A stretch of DNA of 64,000 nt from the human T2T-CHM13v2.0 reference genome, Homo sapiens. Location of the stretch: the NCBI RefSeq assembly GCF_009914755.1, contig NC_060926.1; one strand, given 5' to 3'. Each line of letters begins with the position of its first letter. Positions within the stretch are counted from its first letter, which is position 1. Position numbers and translations under genes: made by a program. Shown piece after piece: positions 33,343 to 55,480 of the stretch. The notes under the pieces are model-generated. The model saw only the letters and a list, made by a program, of their open reading frames with translations, was not told the DNA's origin and made no database searches.

Positions 33343-33702
33343 TGTATTAGTCCATTTTCACACTGCTGATAAAGATATACCTGACACTGGACAATTTACA
33401 AAATAATGAGGTTTAATTGGACTTACAGTTCCACGTGGCTGAGGAAGCCTCACAATCATGGCAGAAGGCAAGAAGGAGCAAGTCACGTCTTACATGGATG
33501 GCAGCAGGCAAAGAGAGAAAGCTTGTGCAGGGGAATTCCTCTTTTTAAAACCATCTGGTGTTGTGAGACTTATTCACTATCATGAGAACAGCACGGGAAA
33601 GATTTGCCCCCATGATTCAATTACCTCCCATCAGGTCCCTCCCACAACATGTGGGAATTCAAGATGATATGGTTTGGCTGTGTCCCCACCCAAACCATAT
33701 CA
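33343..33702 (-). mobile_element. THE1 (MaLR) solo LTR with a rearranged terminus
   Basis: tgtattagtccattttcacactgctgataaag...aaaccatatca; ACAGT/ATAGT TSD. Confidence 0.88.
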
Positions 33703-34082
33703 ATAGTTTTCTTTTTTAGCACTGAAAAAATATTGTGCCTGTTCCTTCTGATCTCCATGCTTTCTGAAAAGAAGTACACTATCATTTTAATTGTTTCCCT
33801 TATTGATAAGGTATTATTTTACTCTGGCTGCTTTCAAGATTTTTCTTTGTCTTTAGTTTAATTATTATATATCTTGGTATGGTTTGTTTGTTTGTTTTTT
33901 ACAGACAGAGTCTCTTTATGTTGCCCAGGCTGGTCTCAAACTCCTGGGATCAAGTGATTTTCCTGCCTCAGTCTCCAAAAGTGATGGGATTATGAGCATG
34001 AGCCACCATCCCTGATCCTTGGTATGTTTTTTTGAGTTTATCCTTTTTGGGGTTTGTTAAGCTTTTTAAAAAACATATTTAA

Positions 34083-34399
34083 TTTTTTTTTTTTTTTTTT
34101 TTTTTTTTTTGAGACGGAGTCTCGCTCTGTCGCCCAGGCTGGACTGCGGACTGCAGTGGCGCAATCTCGGCTCACTGCAAGCTCCGCTTCCCGGGTTCAA
34201 CGCCATTCTCCTGCCTCAGCCTCCCCAGTAGCTGGGACTACAGGCGCCCGCCACCGCGCCCGGCTAATTTTTTGTATTTTTAGTAGAGACGGGGTTTCAC
34301 CTTGTTAGCCAGGATGGTCTCGATCTCCTGACCTCATGATCCACCCGCCTCGGCCTCCCAAAGTGCTGGGATTACAGGCGTGAGCCACCGCGCCCGGCC
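34083..34399 (-). mobile_element. AluYb8 (young, human-specific subfamily)
   Basis: diagnostic 7-bp duplication (ggactgc-ggactgc at ~34141), nearly all CpGs intact, T28 tail, TSD ATATTTAATTTTT. Confidence 0.92.
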
Positions 34400-34434
34400 A
34401 TATTTAATTTTTTAAGTTTAATCTTGTCTTACCT

Positions 34435-35488
<1,054 letters not shown>

Positions 35489-35595
35489 GAAACACTTTTT
35501 ATCATGGCTGCTTTAAAATTTTGTGAAATAATGCTAATATCTCTCTCATTTTGGTGTTGGCACATATTGATTGTCTTTTTTCACTGGTTTGAGGT

Positions 35596-35955
35596 TGCTA
35601 TGGACCAAACTGTGTTCCCAACAAATTTATATGTTGAAGTCCTAAGCCCCAGTGTGATAATGCTTGGGAGATGGGGACCTTGGGGGGTCATAAGTGTGGA
35701 ATTCTTATTATGGGACTGGCACTCGTAAAAGAAGAGACATTAGACAGCTTGCTTCCTCTCTCCCTCTCTCCACCCTTGTGCACCAAAGAAAGGCCATGTG
35801 AGGACACAGCAATCCAAGGAGAAGACCCTCATTAGACACTGACCTGCTGGCACCCTGATCTTGGACTTCCAGTCTCCAGAATTGTGAGAAATAAATTCCT
35901 GTTATTTAACCTACCCAGTCTATGGTATTTTGTTATGGCAGCCTAAGCTAAGACA
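35596..35955 (+). mobile_element. MLT1A-like MaLR LTR
   Basis: tgctatggac...ggcagcctaagctaagaca. Confidence 0.75.
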
Positions 35956-38900
35956 GAGATCTTTCTAGTTTTTGGCATGATGAGTACTTTTCCACTGGAA
36001 CCTAGACATTTTGTATTGTGTTCTGAGACTCTGGATTTTATCTAAACTTTTTGTTTTAGTTGGCTTTTTCTGACACTACTCTGGTAGGGGAGATATGTGT
36101 GATGATGCTGCCTCTTTATGACTGGTAGAGGTACAAGTCCATGTTCTCTACTTGGCCACCATTGAGACCTGAGGGGAGCAGGCTCCTTCTGCCTCAGTTC
36201 CCCATGTGGTCTCCACTGACACCTTGGTGGGAGTGACCTAATTACTGCTAGACAGTGGTCAAAGTTCTGACTCTTCACTAGACCCTCTGATACCACCCTG
36301 GCAGGAATGGCAAAGGGTGCCTCATTAGTGTTGGAAGGGGCTGGAAGTCCAGGCTCCCCATATGGTCTCCACTGACACCATGGGGAGGGGAAGGTCCCTG
36401 TTACTGGCCAGCAGAGATGAAGCTCTCAGCTCTCTGCTTGTCCCTCTCTGACACCAGCCCTTTGGGATTGTGTGTTGGGATACCTTGTTATGCTATCTGC
36501 TGAGTGGAAGTTTAGGCTTCTTGACTTTTGCTAATGGGGGTAGGGATGGGGCCACAGTTGTTTTCTATGGTGTTTGGATGGAGTAGAGTGGGTATCGTCT
36601 AAAATTCTTGTCTTATTTGGCTACATCTTTCTTGGTCTTTTGGCTGGAGAGAATAGACTTTTTTTGGGGCTCTTTTGTTCTGGAATCACTGACAATATGG
36701 GTTGCTGGCTTCCTCCACTTCAAGTCTGGGATCGTGAGGCAAAAAGGAAATCAAAGGAAATCCCCCGTGTGTGGGTTCTCAGGTTCCACTGTACCTTGTT
36801 GGTCTGCTTTCTTCTTTCTATCTTTTGGAGTCTCCTTATGTTTGTATCTAGGTATATATAGTGTCCAGGGTTTTTAGTCGTAATTAGTAGGAGAAATAGG
36901 GAAAAAATATGTCTGTTCTATCTTCTCAGAAGTGGAAGTCCCCACAAATACTTTTTTTGTACAAGTACTTTTTTAAAAAAATAAATAACTGCCTGATTTT
37001 TCAAGACTTAACTCAAATTTTACCTTTGATAGTTTCTTCCTAATCAAAATGTCAGACAAACATTAATTTTAGTTTAGATCTTTCAGTTCCAAGGGTAATG
37101 TGGGGTCCCACCAAAGTCTGAGTTGACGTTTGCTTACCCTAGGCTGTAGGATTAGGTGATTGAATTGGTTCAGACTCAATTATAAGCAATAGAAACCCAC
37201 TCAAGCTGGCTTAAACAGAAAAGGGGAATTCATTACAAGATAGAAGCCAGGGGCAGGATGGTAGAAATAAGTTTAAAGACTGAAGGGGCTCTGTCAGAAG
37301 ACAGGTTATAAGGAGGGAAAAACATGGTGGCAAAGAAAAATAATCAACGTTTATGAAAATGGTCATCAGACAATAAGGCCTAGAATAAAGAAGAGTTCAG
37401 ACAAAAGTCCCAGGTGATCCTGTCTGTACATTTACAAGGTACTGCAGGTAAAACTTCGTAGAGCTGAATTCTCTGGTTTTGGTTTCCTAGCTTTGAAATG
37501 GATGAGTAAATAGCCATAGAAATCATCTCTGAATCCATGGAAGCTATTGAAGATGAAACTATAGATTTTTTAATCTCTAGGCAAAATTTAATATTCTGGT
37601 CTTAGTAGCTGATCAACACCACATGGCTCTAGATTTGCTGACTATCCAATAAGGATGCTTAAAGATTACTTTTGATCAAAAGGGGGAATGTTTAGGAGAA
37701 TTATGCAAAACTTAGAAATAAAGCAACGATATGATTCTATGACATTTTTTTTGATTGTGTGAATTTTTAGTGTCATGCCAAAGCTTTGACTTAAGCGTCA
37801 CCTAACTCTCTAGGGAAATGGACTTTGTTTACAGAATTGATTAGAAGCTAGACATTCTATAATTGTGTAAAATGGATAAGATGTGATAACTTTCTTTTCT
37901 GTTAATAGAGAAGATAATTCTGAAAAAGATGGTTTCATGTTCCTGTGGGACATTAACCAGTTGTGTACAAAACTTAGCAAACTATAAGAATTATGTTTCC
38001 AAATTTCTGAAAATTATATTTGACATCAAGAGACAGAAACACACAGTGGTGTATAGGCCAGTCATGTTATGGGTGGAAAAGCAGGTGAAGATCCATGAAA
38101 TCCTGGAGCTGCTACAAATCCAAACCCCATTCCCCACATGGCCCAGACCTGTTACAGCCTAATATTTGATTCTGGGTTTGCATGAGTCTCTTTGTTGTTC
38201 CCCATGTATCTTTTACTCGAGTTATCTTGGGTAGATCTCTGTTTTATCTGAAACCTGAACTGTCTCCTAGTCAACACCAGTTTGTGATCCTAGGTAAGAT
38301 TTTTTTTTTTTTTGAAGAGTTCACTCTTCAAAACATTACTTCTTCAATAATGTAATGTTTTAATGGGTACACAGTGCTTTCACTTGGCATCAATTATGAG
38401 TTGTTTTCTGAACAATTCAGTGTTATACCAGCTGGGATGCCTACTTATCTCTCCATTTCTTTGGGGTGACTCTGCCAACAGGGGACATGTTCCATTCTAT
38501 TCCAGTTTGTGTTGCTATACATATCCGTACAGCAATACAGAAAGTGGTTTCACTAGCTCATACAGCGTTACCGTGTTTGTCATGAAAATCAGGTGTATGC
38601 TTCTGGTGGCTCTGCCTTGCTGTTGTTCGCTGGGTGCTTCAAACTTGGAGATGACTTAGTGCCTTTTTGAGCAAGGGAAACATTGTGAAGGTGAAGCTAG
38701 AACTGTGGAAATGCAGCTGCTGCTTTGGTGCAAATTTGCATCAGGTCCCTCGGGAAGGTTTCTAAGTCCACTAGATCAGGAACGTTCACTGGTCAAATGG
38801 CAGGATTTCAGCTTTTTTTCTTATTATTTTATCTTCTGGGAGTCCCCAAAGTTAACTGTGGGAAGAGTTAATCGAATTGTTTGTAAAGGTTTTCCCCATG

Positions 38901-39087
38901 CTTCAGACATAAAACATGCAGAATATTGTGGGCTGATACTTTCTCTAGCAATCCTTCTGGAATTGCATGGGCCCAACCCATAGAGTTCATTAAACAAAAG
39001 AAACACTGACCGAAACCTGAAAGTGTATTACTCTCCTTTGTCTTTCCTTAGGCTTTTAGAAAAACAGTGGCACCACACCACACCCAG

Positions 39088-39546
39088 GACCTGGAATAGG
39101 TGGAATGGCAGCCCCTCAAAATATATGTCCATGTCTTAATGCCGAGCCGCTGTGAATGTGGCCTTATTTGGAGAAGGAGTTTTTGCAGATTAATTAAATT
39201 AAGGACCCTGAGATGAGATCATCCTGTATTACCAAGGTGGGCCCCAAATCCAATGACAGATGTCCTTATAAGAGACACAGGAGGAGAAGACACAGACACA
39301 GAGGAGAAGGCCCTGTGAATACAGAGGCAGAAACTGGAGTACGCAGCCACCATTCAAGGCATTTGGTCAGCCACAGAAGCTGGAAAAGGAAGTGGAATCT
39401 CTCCTAGAGCCTGTGGAGGGAGCACAGCCTTGCCAACACCTCGACTTCAGATTTCTGTTTTCCAGAACTCTGAGAGAATAAATTGCTGTTGTTTAAGCCA
39501 CTAAGTTGACAGGAATTTGCTATGGCAGCCCTAGGAAACTCACATA
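39088..39546 (+). mobile_element. MLT1B/C-like MaLR LTR
   Basis: gtgaatgtggccttatttgg...ggcagccctaggaaact. Confidence 0.75.
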
Positions 39547-39782
39547 ACACCACAGCCAGGCTTCCAGTCTCTCACCTGAAAAAGAGAGGTCCAAACACAA
39601 ACAGCGTGGCAGGGAATGCTAGAGATGCCCTCATAACACTGGTGACAAACTAGACGAGATCTTTCAAACCCTCACTCTGAAAGACAACTAGAATAGCTAG
39701 GCCTTACCAATTTCCAACTAGGATTCATGACTGATGGAATCACGTTTTACAGTTCCTAATTTTTCCAAGTTTTGAGTAGTTC

Positions 39783-40074
39783 TTTTTTTTTTTTTTGAGA
39801 CGGAGTCTCGCTCTGTCGCCCAGGCTGGAGTGCTGTGGCGCGATCTCGGCTCACTGCAAGCTCCGCCTCCCGGGTTCCCGCCATTCTCCTGCCTCAGCCC
39901 CCTGGGGTAGCTGGGACTACAGGTGCCGGGCTAATTTTTTTGTATTTTTTTTTTTTAGTGGAGACGGGGTTTCACTGTGTTAGCCAGGATGGTCTCGATC
40001 TCCTGACCTCGTGATCCGCCCGCCTCGACCTCCCAAAGTGTTGGGATTACAGGCGTGAGCCACCGCGCCCAGCC
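39783..40074 (-). mobile_element. AluY with a small internal deletion
   Basis: CpG-rich; TSD ttgagtagttct. Confidence 0.9.
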
Positions 40075-40755
40075 TTGAGTAGTTCTTAATGCTTCCCTAA
40101 GCAGCCCAGCCTCCTCGCTGGCCATTGTGTCTTTTCTGCTTCCTCATAAAGCCTCATAAAGCCTGCTCACAGCAGGCTTTGGTCTGCGGTAAAACCAGGG
40201 CATGGTTTTACCTTTAATCTTACCATTGACCAGCATTATCTCTTAGTATTAGAAGAGATTAATGAAGCCAAGAGAAGGAAAATGACTGGCTTAGTTCACG
40301 TCATGCATGTGTGTTTCTGAATCAGCAGTCCCTATGTCATCAGGCGTCCAATCTTTGGTGACTGGAAGTAGGGGAGCAGTATCACATGGTGTCAAACGCA
40401 GTGCTTAAGCTGCCAGGGATGGGTATTCAGATGCTGTCCCGCTCGGGACAAAGGTAAAGAATGTAGACTTCACCTGAGCTAGAAAAGTAGCTCTGCCACT
40501 TATCACATGTTTTATGAACTTCGGCAAATTAATCTCTCTGTGTCTCAATGTACTTATTCCTAAGTAATAATCCAAGGCTACCTCACAAATTGGCATTAGG
40601 ATAAAATGAGTACATCTCTGGAATGAATGCAGTGCTCAATATATTTTAGCTATTATTATCAAGTCTGATAAACACATATGTTTTCTCATTCTACAGTTCC
40701 AAAGTAGCCCTAGGCCAATATAATTCAAATATACTTTTCTAATTATAAGCTCTCA

Positions 40756-45649
<4,894 letters not shown>

Positions 45650-45817
45650 TTAAAGTGTACAATTCAGTGACATTAAGTATATTCAGTGCTGTGCAAACAT
45701 ATCACCATTTCCAGAACTTTTTCAACATCTCAAACAGAAACTTTGTATCCATTAAGCAATAATTTCCCATTCACTTTCCACCCAGTCCCAGGTAACAGGT
45801 ATTCTACTTTCTGTTTC

Positions 45818-47067
<1,250 letters not shown>

Positions 47068-48420
47068 TAACTTTTGAGGCCTGCTGGGGGACTAATTTTG
47101 AATTCTAGGTTGATAGGACAATGTGCAGATTAGCCTCTTCCCTGGGACCCCCTACCAATATCTTGCATTGGTTTACTTCAGAAATTAAACCACCTACAAA
47201 TGAGCCCTAAGTCTCCATTTAGTTAATAAAGTTCTTCTCTCTGCAGCAATTCTCTTTCCAAAGAGTTGCTTGAAAGGAACAGATCTGAAGAAGACATAAA
47301 TGATTTATATAATTCACAACTAGGACAATTTAGAATAAGTTGCCTAAGTGATGAACAAAGACATTTAACACCTTTTATGGGTGTTTCCAGAGAAAAAAAT
47401 GATCAAATTAAAAACAATGAAAAATTCTTACATAAAAACAGACAAAAACTTTGCCAAATGGAAAAAAGAAATTATGGAAAGGTGAACAAGTGACAGGGAA
47501 ACTGGATGGTAAGAAGTAAGCTGAGTTAGGTTTTGGCTGTAATTCAGCTTCCATAGTGTTGGAACTGACTGATTCAGTAATCAAAGCTTGACTTTCCCTT
47601 GTGCAAAGTGTTTAATGATGTTTTAACACTAGCAGTTAATATATTTCACAATAGACAATGTTCATCCACGGAAAAACAAATATTTCTTCTTGCCAAAAAA
47701 AGGTCAGATTTGCACTCATTTTTCCATATTCCTTTTTCTAATCAGGTGTCAGATGTCAGCAAACTGATTTACTTAAAACAGTGTTGACATACAATGCAAA
47801 ACAAACATACCAATATGGCTTGGAGAGCCAGCATTTGTGAACCAAACAGCCAGGGTGATAATGGGCTGGGCCCTCCAACAGAGCAGCTTTTGACAATTGA
47901 AGCCTAACGTTAGGCCTTTTAGCTATATTGCCTTTATGCATCCTGAAAGCAGGCACTTGGAGACGTAAATCTGTAATTAGGGGTTATTTAAAACAGAGAT
48001 TTGTGACCTGACAGACTGCAAACTGTCTATATCCACAAACACAGTGAAATTGCTCCAGCCCTTTGTCTCCAGGGGTATCTGGTCTATTGAAGGTCTCTGG
48101 TTTACAGGGGCGCTTGGGTTCATGTTATACCGCCTGAGAGATGGGTGCATGGGACCGAGAGCAGCACATGAAACATTAGCATTGTTTCTAAATCTCATCT
48201 AAAAATGATACATGCTATTAGCGGTTGCATTCTTTGTCCGAAAACCAGTCATTCTGAGTTGAAGTTTAACTTACCTCATTATGTAAGTGCTCTGAACCTC
48301 ACAGTCAAGTTTCAAACTTAATAATAGGAAATGGAATTCTTTGTGCAAGGTGAATAAAAGGTATAGAGAAACACAGAATTCTTAAGGTTTGTAGTAGCCC
48401 GGGGAATTCAAAGCTCTTTA

Positions 48421-48778
<358 letters not shown>

Positions 48779-48799
48779 TTCCACCTACAACCACTTTAG

Positions 48800-48950
48800 T
48801 TGGAAAAATAGCTAATGCATGCAGGACTTAATACTTAGGTGATGGGTTGCTAGGTGCAGCAAACCACCCATGGCACAGATTTTCCTGTGTAACAAACCTG
48901 CACATCACATCCTGCACATTTACCCTGGAACTTAAAAAATAATTAAATTA
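48800..48950 (+). mobile_element. L1PA 3' end fragment
   Basis: taggtgatgggttg..ggtgcagcaaaccac..aacaaacctgcacatc. Confidence 0.8.
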
Positions 48951-49485
48951 AATTATACAAATAATACTTATAAATATAATAAGTATTTACTGAGTACCTG
49001 TTGTATTAACAGCCCTCATATCAAGTAGTGTCTGTGTAAGTATGTACTTATAAAATGTCATTTCCTTTTACCTTTTGCTGTGGCCTGTGCCATCATCTTT
49101 CCCTGGACACTGATTTTCCATGCTTATTCATTTTGTGTCTTTCATTTAAAATGAAAATATTTACCAGTGTGTGATTAATACAGTGACTTAAAACCTTTAT
49201 GAGGCATCTAAAATTGCATGACAAACTTGCATTCCTATTTATAGGACCCTGTAAAGGAACTGTATATTTAACACAATAAATATATTGATATTGATTGTCA
49301 GAACAAACTCTCCAAAACTTAAATATTTTAAAATTATTAAATGTTTCAGATTAAAAAAAAAAAAGAAAAAAAAAAGCACAGAAAGTAAACATGTAAAAGA
49401 CACCCATGTACTAATCACTGGCATTTGTCACATTTAACAATTTGCCATATTTGCTTCCCATGGTTTTTATTTTTCAAGAAAGCAT

Positions 49486-49876
49486 TGTTAAAGCACTGAC
49501 CTTAGACAAATTAAATTTAGCAGTTTAATGGAGCAAAGAATGTTTGCAAATCGGGGATCCCCTGAACCAGAGTAGGTTCAGAGAGGCTCCAGAGCAGCTG
49601 CATGGTGGAAAAAGATTTATGGACAGAAAAAGTGAGGTACAGAAAACAGAAGTGAATTACACCAACAGCTGGATTGGTTACAGCTCAGGGTTTGCCTTAT
49701 TTGAACACAGCTTGAACAGTTGGTCACCCTTGACTGGCCAAAACATGGTGGTTGGTACAAGAGTAAGTTAGTCTGTTTATATACCCAGTTGGGTTACAGT
49801 TCATTGTGTATGGAGAAGCTTTAGGCTGAACTTAAAATATGTAAGGAGGCGGCTTTAGGCTAAACTTAATTTAACA
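49486..49876 (-). mobile_element. MER57-like solo LTR
   Basis: GCAT TSD at 49482-49485/49877-49880; minus start TGTTAAATTAAGTTTAGCCTAAAG. Confidence 0.8.
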
Positions 49877-51084
49877 GCATTAATGATAGCTGGGTGCAGT
49901 TATGTACACCCATAGTCCCAGCTATGTGGGAGGCTGAAGTGGGAGGATCACTTGAGGCCAGAAGTTGGAGGCTGTAATGTGCTATGATCACACCACTGCA
50001 CTCCAGCCTGGGCAACATAGCAAGACCCAGCCTTTTTTTAAAAAAAAAAAAAGAAAAAGAAAAGAAGAAAGCATTAATAATAGAATCAAAGGACCCACCC
50101 TTGCCTCTTTCCTCCATCTTTTCCACCTTAAGTTAATTTCTGTGCTATTCTGCTTGTCTAGGTTTTTATACTCTCCCAACTTAGGTATGTTTTGTGTTTC
50201 TAAAATTTGCATAAAGGGTACACTTTACAGACACTTTTACTATTTGCTTTTTCATTGAACACTGTTAAGATTTCTCTACAATGATGCCAGTAAGCTATGC
50301 CATTAATTTGAACTACTGTTCAGATTCCATTGTACAAATACACCACTGTTCATGTATCCATTTCCCTTCTGAGGGGCATGTTGACTGCAGTATTTTACTA
50401 TGATACATAATGCTAATATGAATGAACCATCCATCCCTCAAGTCCAGTTAGCTCTAACTTTTATAATAATCATATATCTTAAATCTGACTTCATCTGACC
50501 CCACAACTATCCCAGTCCAAGCCATCATTTGCTTCTCCAGGAGCCCATAGGTCTCCCAGCTTTCACTCTTGGCTCTCCTTCAGTTTACGACCCACACAGT
50601 TCATGGGGTCGGATTGGGTCTTTCTTTTTCTCAGAATCCTTCAATGACTTCCCATCATATCTGGAATAAATCCAAAGTTCTTCCCATGGCCAAGAAGGTC
50701 CCACATGATCTGGGCTCTCTCCCTCTTTGCCTGGCTTTCTGTAGTGTGCCTTGCTGTGCACTGCCTTACAGCCTTTGGGCCAGCTGTGTACTGTGCCTGA
50801 AACCAGCACTTTCCTCTTCTTCCTGTAGCTTCCTTCCTGACTTTGTTCATGTTCCTCCTCAGGTGTCACCTTCTCAGAGAAGCCTTTTCTGTTTCTCTTA
50901 TTTAAATTTGTACCTCTTTCATTTTCTCTCCCCTTGTCCTGTCTTTAGCTTTCACCTTGCTTTTATTTTTCTTCACGGAAGTTAGCACACCTGAAACTAT
51001 TTTTTTGTTGTTGTTTACTTCTGCTCTCCTACTAGAATGTAAACTCCTGGAATCACAAATTTCTCAATAGTATGTAGAATGATG

Positions 51085-52910
<1,826 letters not shown>

Positions 52911-53044
52911 TATTCCCAAATTGCTCTGCAAAGTTAAAAATTTACACTACTAACATCATTGTGGGAGTTTCTCATATTCTTAACAATATCTGGTCTTATC
53001 AGGCGCTTTAAATTTTGCCAGTCTGAGTGAAATTGTATCTCCTG

Positions 53045-53585
53045 TGTCAGAGGCATTTGAACTACAGCAACTCCATCTTGAATAGGAGCTGGGCAAAATA
53101 AGCCTTGAGACCTGCTGGGCTGCATTCCCAGGAGGTTAAGGCATTCTATGTTACAGGAAGAGGTAGGAGGTCAGCACACGACACAGGTCATAAAGACCTT
53201 GCTGATAAAACAGGCTGCAGTAAAGAAGCCAGCCAAAACCAAGATGGCGAGGAGAGTGACCTCTGGTTGTCTTCACTGCTACACTCCCACCAGCGCCATG
53301 ACAGTTTACAAATGCCATGGCAACATCAGGAAGCTACCCTATATGGCCTAAAAAGGGGAGCCATGAATAATCCACCCCTTGTTTAGCATACAATCAAGAA
53401 ATAACCATAAAAATGGGCAACCAGCAGCCCTCGGGCTGCTCTATCTACGGTGTAGCCATTCTTTTATTCCTTTACTTTCTTAATAAACTTGCTTTTTCAC
53501 TTTACGGACTTGCCCTGAATTCTTTCTTGTGCAAGATCCAAGAACCCTCTCTTGGGGTCTAGATCGGGACCCCTTTCCAGTGACA
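53045..53585 (+). mobile_element. MER41A-like solo LTR about 1.5 kb upstream of CDCA7
   Basis: TGTCAGAGGCATTTGAAC...TTCCAGTGACA; CCTG/CTTG TSD; lacks the tandem GAS block of MER41B. Confidence 0.85.
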
Positions 53586-54814
53586 CTTGTTTTAATTTGC
53601 ATTTTCCTGATTACTAAAAAGACGAATAGACCAGAGATCTTATCCTTAAAAAACACATACACCAAATTATTTTCTTGTGCTCCCAGGAAGACTAAAAATT
53701 TCCCTATCAGAACCTTTCACAGGCAAAGTGACTTAATCTTCCCCTGCTTCATGGATCTAGTAATTCCAAATTTTCATATATTTAGCTTTAGTGGCACAAA
53801 ATTATATTCCCAAATGTTTATTCATTCAACAAATACTTACTGAGGGCCCTGTAATTCCGTAATTTCACCACCCACCGATAGCCTCTCCTCCTGGCACTCA
53901 CCTTCTAGACCTTGAGCTCTTTGTCCCTTGCACAGTGGCAGAGTGATTACTGGGTAGGTATATTTAAGAAAGGCTGGAAGACTCCTTCCAATCCATTGTC
54001 CTCGGGCATTATTTACTTGCTCACAGTTTTTGTATTCAGTACACCAAGAGAGGAACACAGTATGTCCATGCACTCTCTTACTGCAAAGGAATTAATTATT
54101 CCCCAGAGAAAAGTTTTGAAATGAGGGGGAAATGCGAATGTTTTCATTTCAAGCGCTTGTTTTAAATGTTAAGAGTATAATTAGTGTCTTCTAAAGAAAC
54201 TAAATTTACTTTTTCTTGTAGAAGCAAGTTTTGCTCTTCACGCACACAAAAAGCCTCGCTTTATTTCATTTTTTCGTTGTAATGCCAAGTTTGGTTAAAA
54301 GGGCAATGAAAAGTTTTCTCGTTCGCACTGACTCAGGGTAGTTCTCAGTTCTGAAGACAGAGAAGATCATCAAGCCACAATTGTTCAATCTTTAGTTTCA
54401 ATCCCCAACAGATAATCGTTAAAGGTTAACTATACTATAGACGTCTTCATCAAGCTGCTGCGGCTTTTCTTCTACTTTGAAAACCACAAGTAAACAAGTC
54501 GGCTTCCTGTGCTTTTTGGAAAGAAAGATCAGGATTTAACTCATTTTATTGCTTCAGATAATGGTGTGGTTCCCAGATAAGAGGTGCTACATCCAGGGGC
54601 GGTGAACTGGATTATGAAGGGTGGAGTTCGTGCTGGATTCTATGATTTTTTAAATCTTGTAAACCGCACGCAGCAATGAAAGTGCTAAACGCCATGGTGC
54701 GTGACCCGCGCCACCCTCACGCTGCTCTCCTTTACCCCCCAGACTCCACTTTTCCTCCGCCACCACGAAAATTCTTGCAAATCAGACAGCTAACCCCGGG
54801 GCAATACGAACCAT

Positions 54815-54822
54815 TTTCGCGC
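54815..54822 (+). promoter_or_regulatory. E2F site TTTCGCGC
   Basis: exact TTTSSCGC; CDCA7 is an established E2F target. Confidence 0.65.
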
Positions 54823-55003
54823 CACTCGCTCAGGACCGCGCAGCTGCACAAGGAGAGTGGTCCCCGTAGCCCCTAAAGCCCCCCTTTCTCAAAGGGGATT
54901 TTAGGAGTGCCCAAGGCTATCCTTTGAGGTCAGAATATATAGGGGGGTCGTGTTTTTTCCAGGGGGCCACCTAGTCTTGCGCCATGTCTGGCCGTTACCA
55001 CAG

Positions 55004-55015
55004 CTTGCAGGACCT
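55004..55015 (+). promoter_or_regulatory. candidate ZBTB24 binding site
   Basis: CTTGCAGGACCT is 11/12 to the recalled ZBTB24 consensus CT(G/T)CCAGGACCT; ZBTB24 is an established activator of CDCA7. Confidence 0.7.
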
Positions 55016-55025
55016 GTGTCCCAAC

Positions 55026-55033
55026 GCGGGAAA
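55026..55033 (-). promoter_or_regulatory. E2F site (GCGGGAAA = TTTCCCGC on minus)
   Basis: exact TTTSSCGC just upstream of the 5'UTR; a third copy lies at 55593-55600. Confidence 0.6.
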
Positions 55034-55182
55034 GACAGCCCGAGCCCCGCCCCTCCGGGCCCGGGTCGGCGCGCCCAGCCTGCCAGCCGCGCTGCTGCTG
55101 CTCCTCCTGCTGTGGGACCGCTGACCGCGCGGCTGCTCCGCTCTCCCCGCTCCAAGCGCCGATCTGGGCACCCGCCACCAGC

Positions 55183-55203
55183 ATGGACGCTCGCCGCGTG
55201 CCG
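55183..55203 (+). CDS. CDCA7: CDCA7 coding exon 1 (MDARRVP)
   Basis: ATG at 55183 in a gccaccagcATGg context inside the CpG island; donor CCG|gtgagg at 55204; peptide matches the recalled CDCA7 N-terminus; phase 0. Confidence 0.96.
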
Positions 55204-55474
55204 GTGAGGGCTGGGCGGGCGAACCCGAGGGGCGGGCGCGGTGGGTGCTGGACGCAGGCGGGCGCGGGCCGACCCTCTCCAACTCCGCAGCCTAGCGCTG
55301 CCTTAACTGGTGGCCTGCCTAGGCGTTGCCCGCTTGGGCAAGCCCCTGATTTTGTGCACCTGGGATAACTGAGGGCCATGGGGACGTTCCTGCGTGGCGT
55401 GCGCACCCGAAGTGCGGGCGGCGTGGAGACTTGAGTCGTTTGCAGGATGGCTAGCAGCGCTGGAAAGCCCTAGG

Positions 55475-55480
55475 CACGTG
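55475..55480. promoter_or_regulatory. canonical E-box CACGTG in intron 1 (MYC/MAX candidate)
   Basis: CACGTG within the CpG island; JPO1/CDCA7 is an established direct MYC target. Confidence 0.6.

Noticed and set aside
36060-36460. Recurrent ctccactgacacc units
   Set aside because: Consistent with 5'-region monomers of the old L1, not a new repeat
54984-55124. 46-codon upstream ORF ending in a poly-Leu run
   Set aside because: Its ATG lies 5' of the ZBTB24/E2F promoter motifs and so probably upstream of the main TSS; poly-Leu is just the CTG repeat
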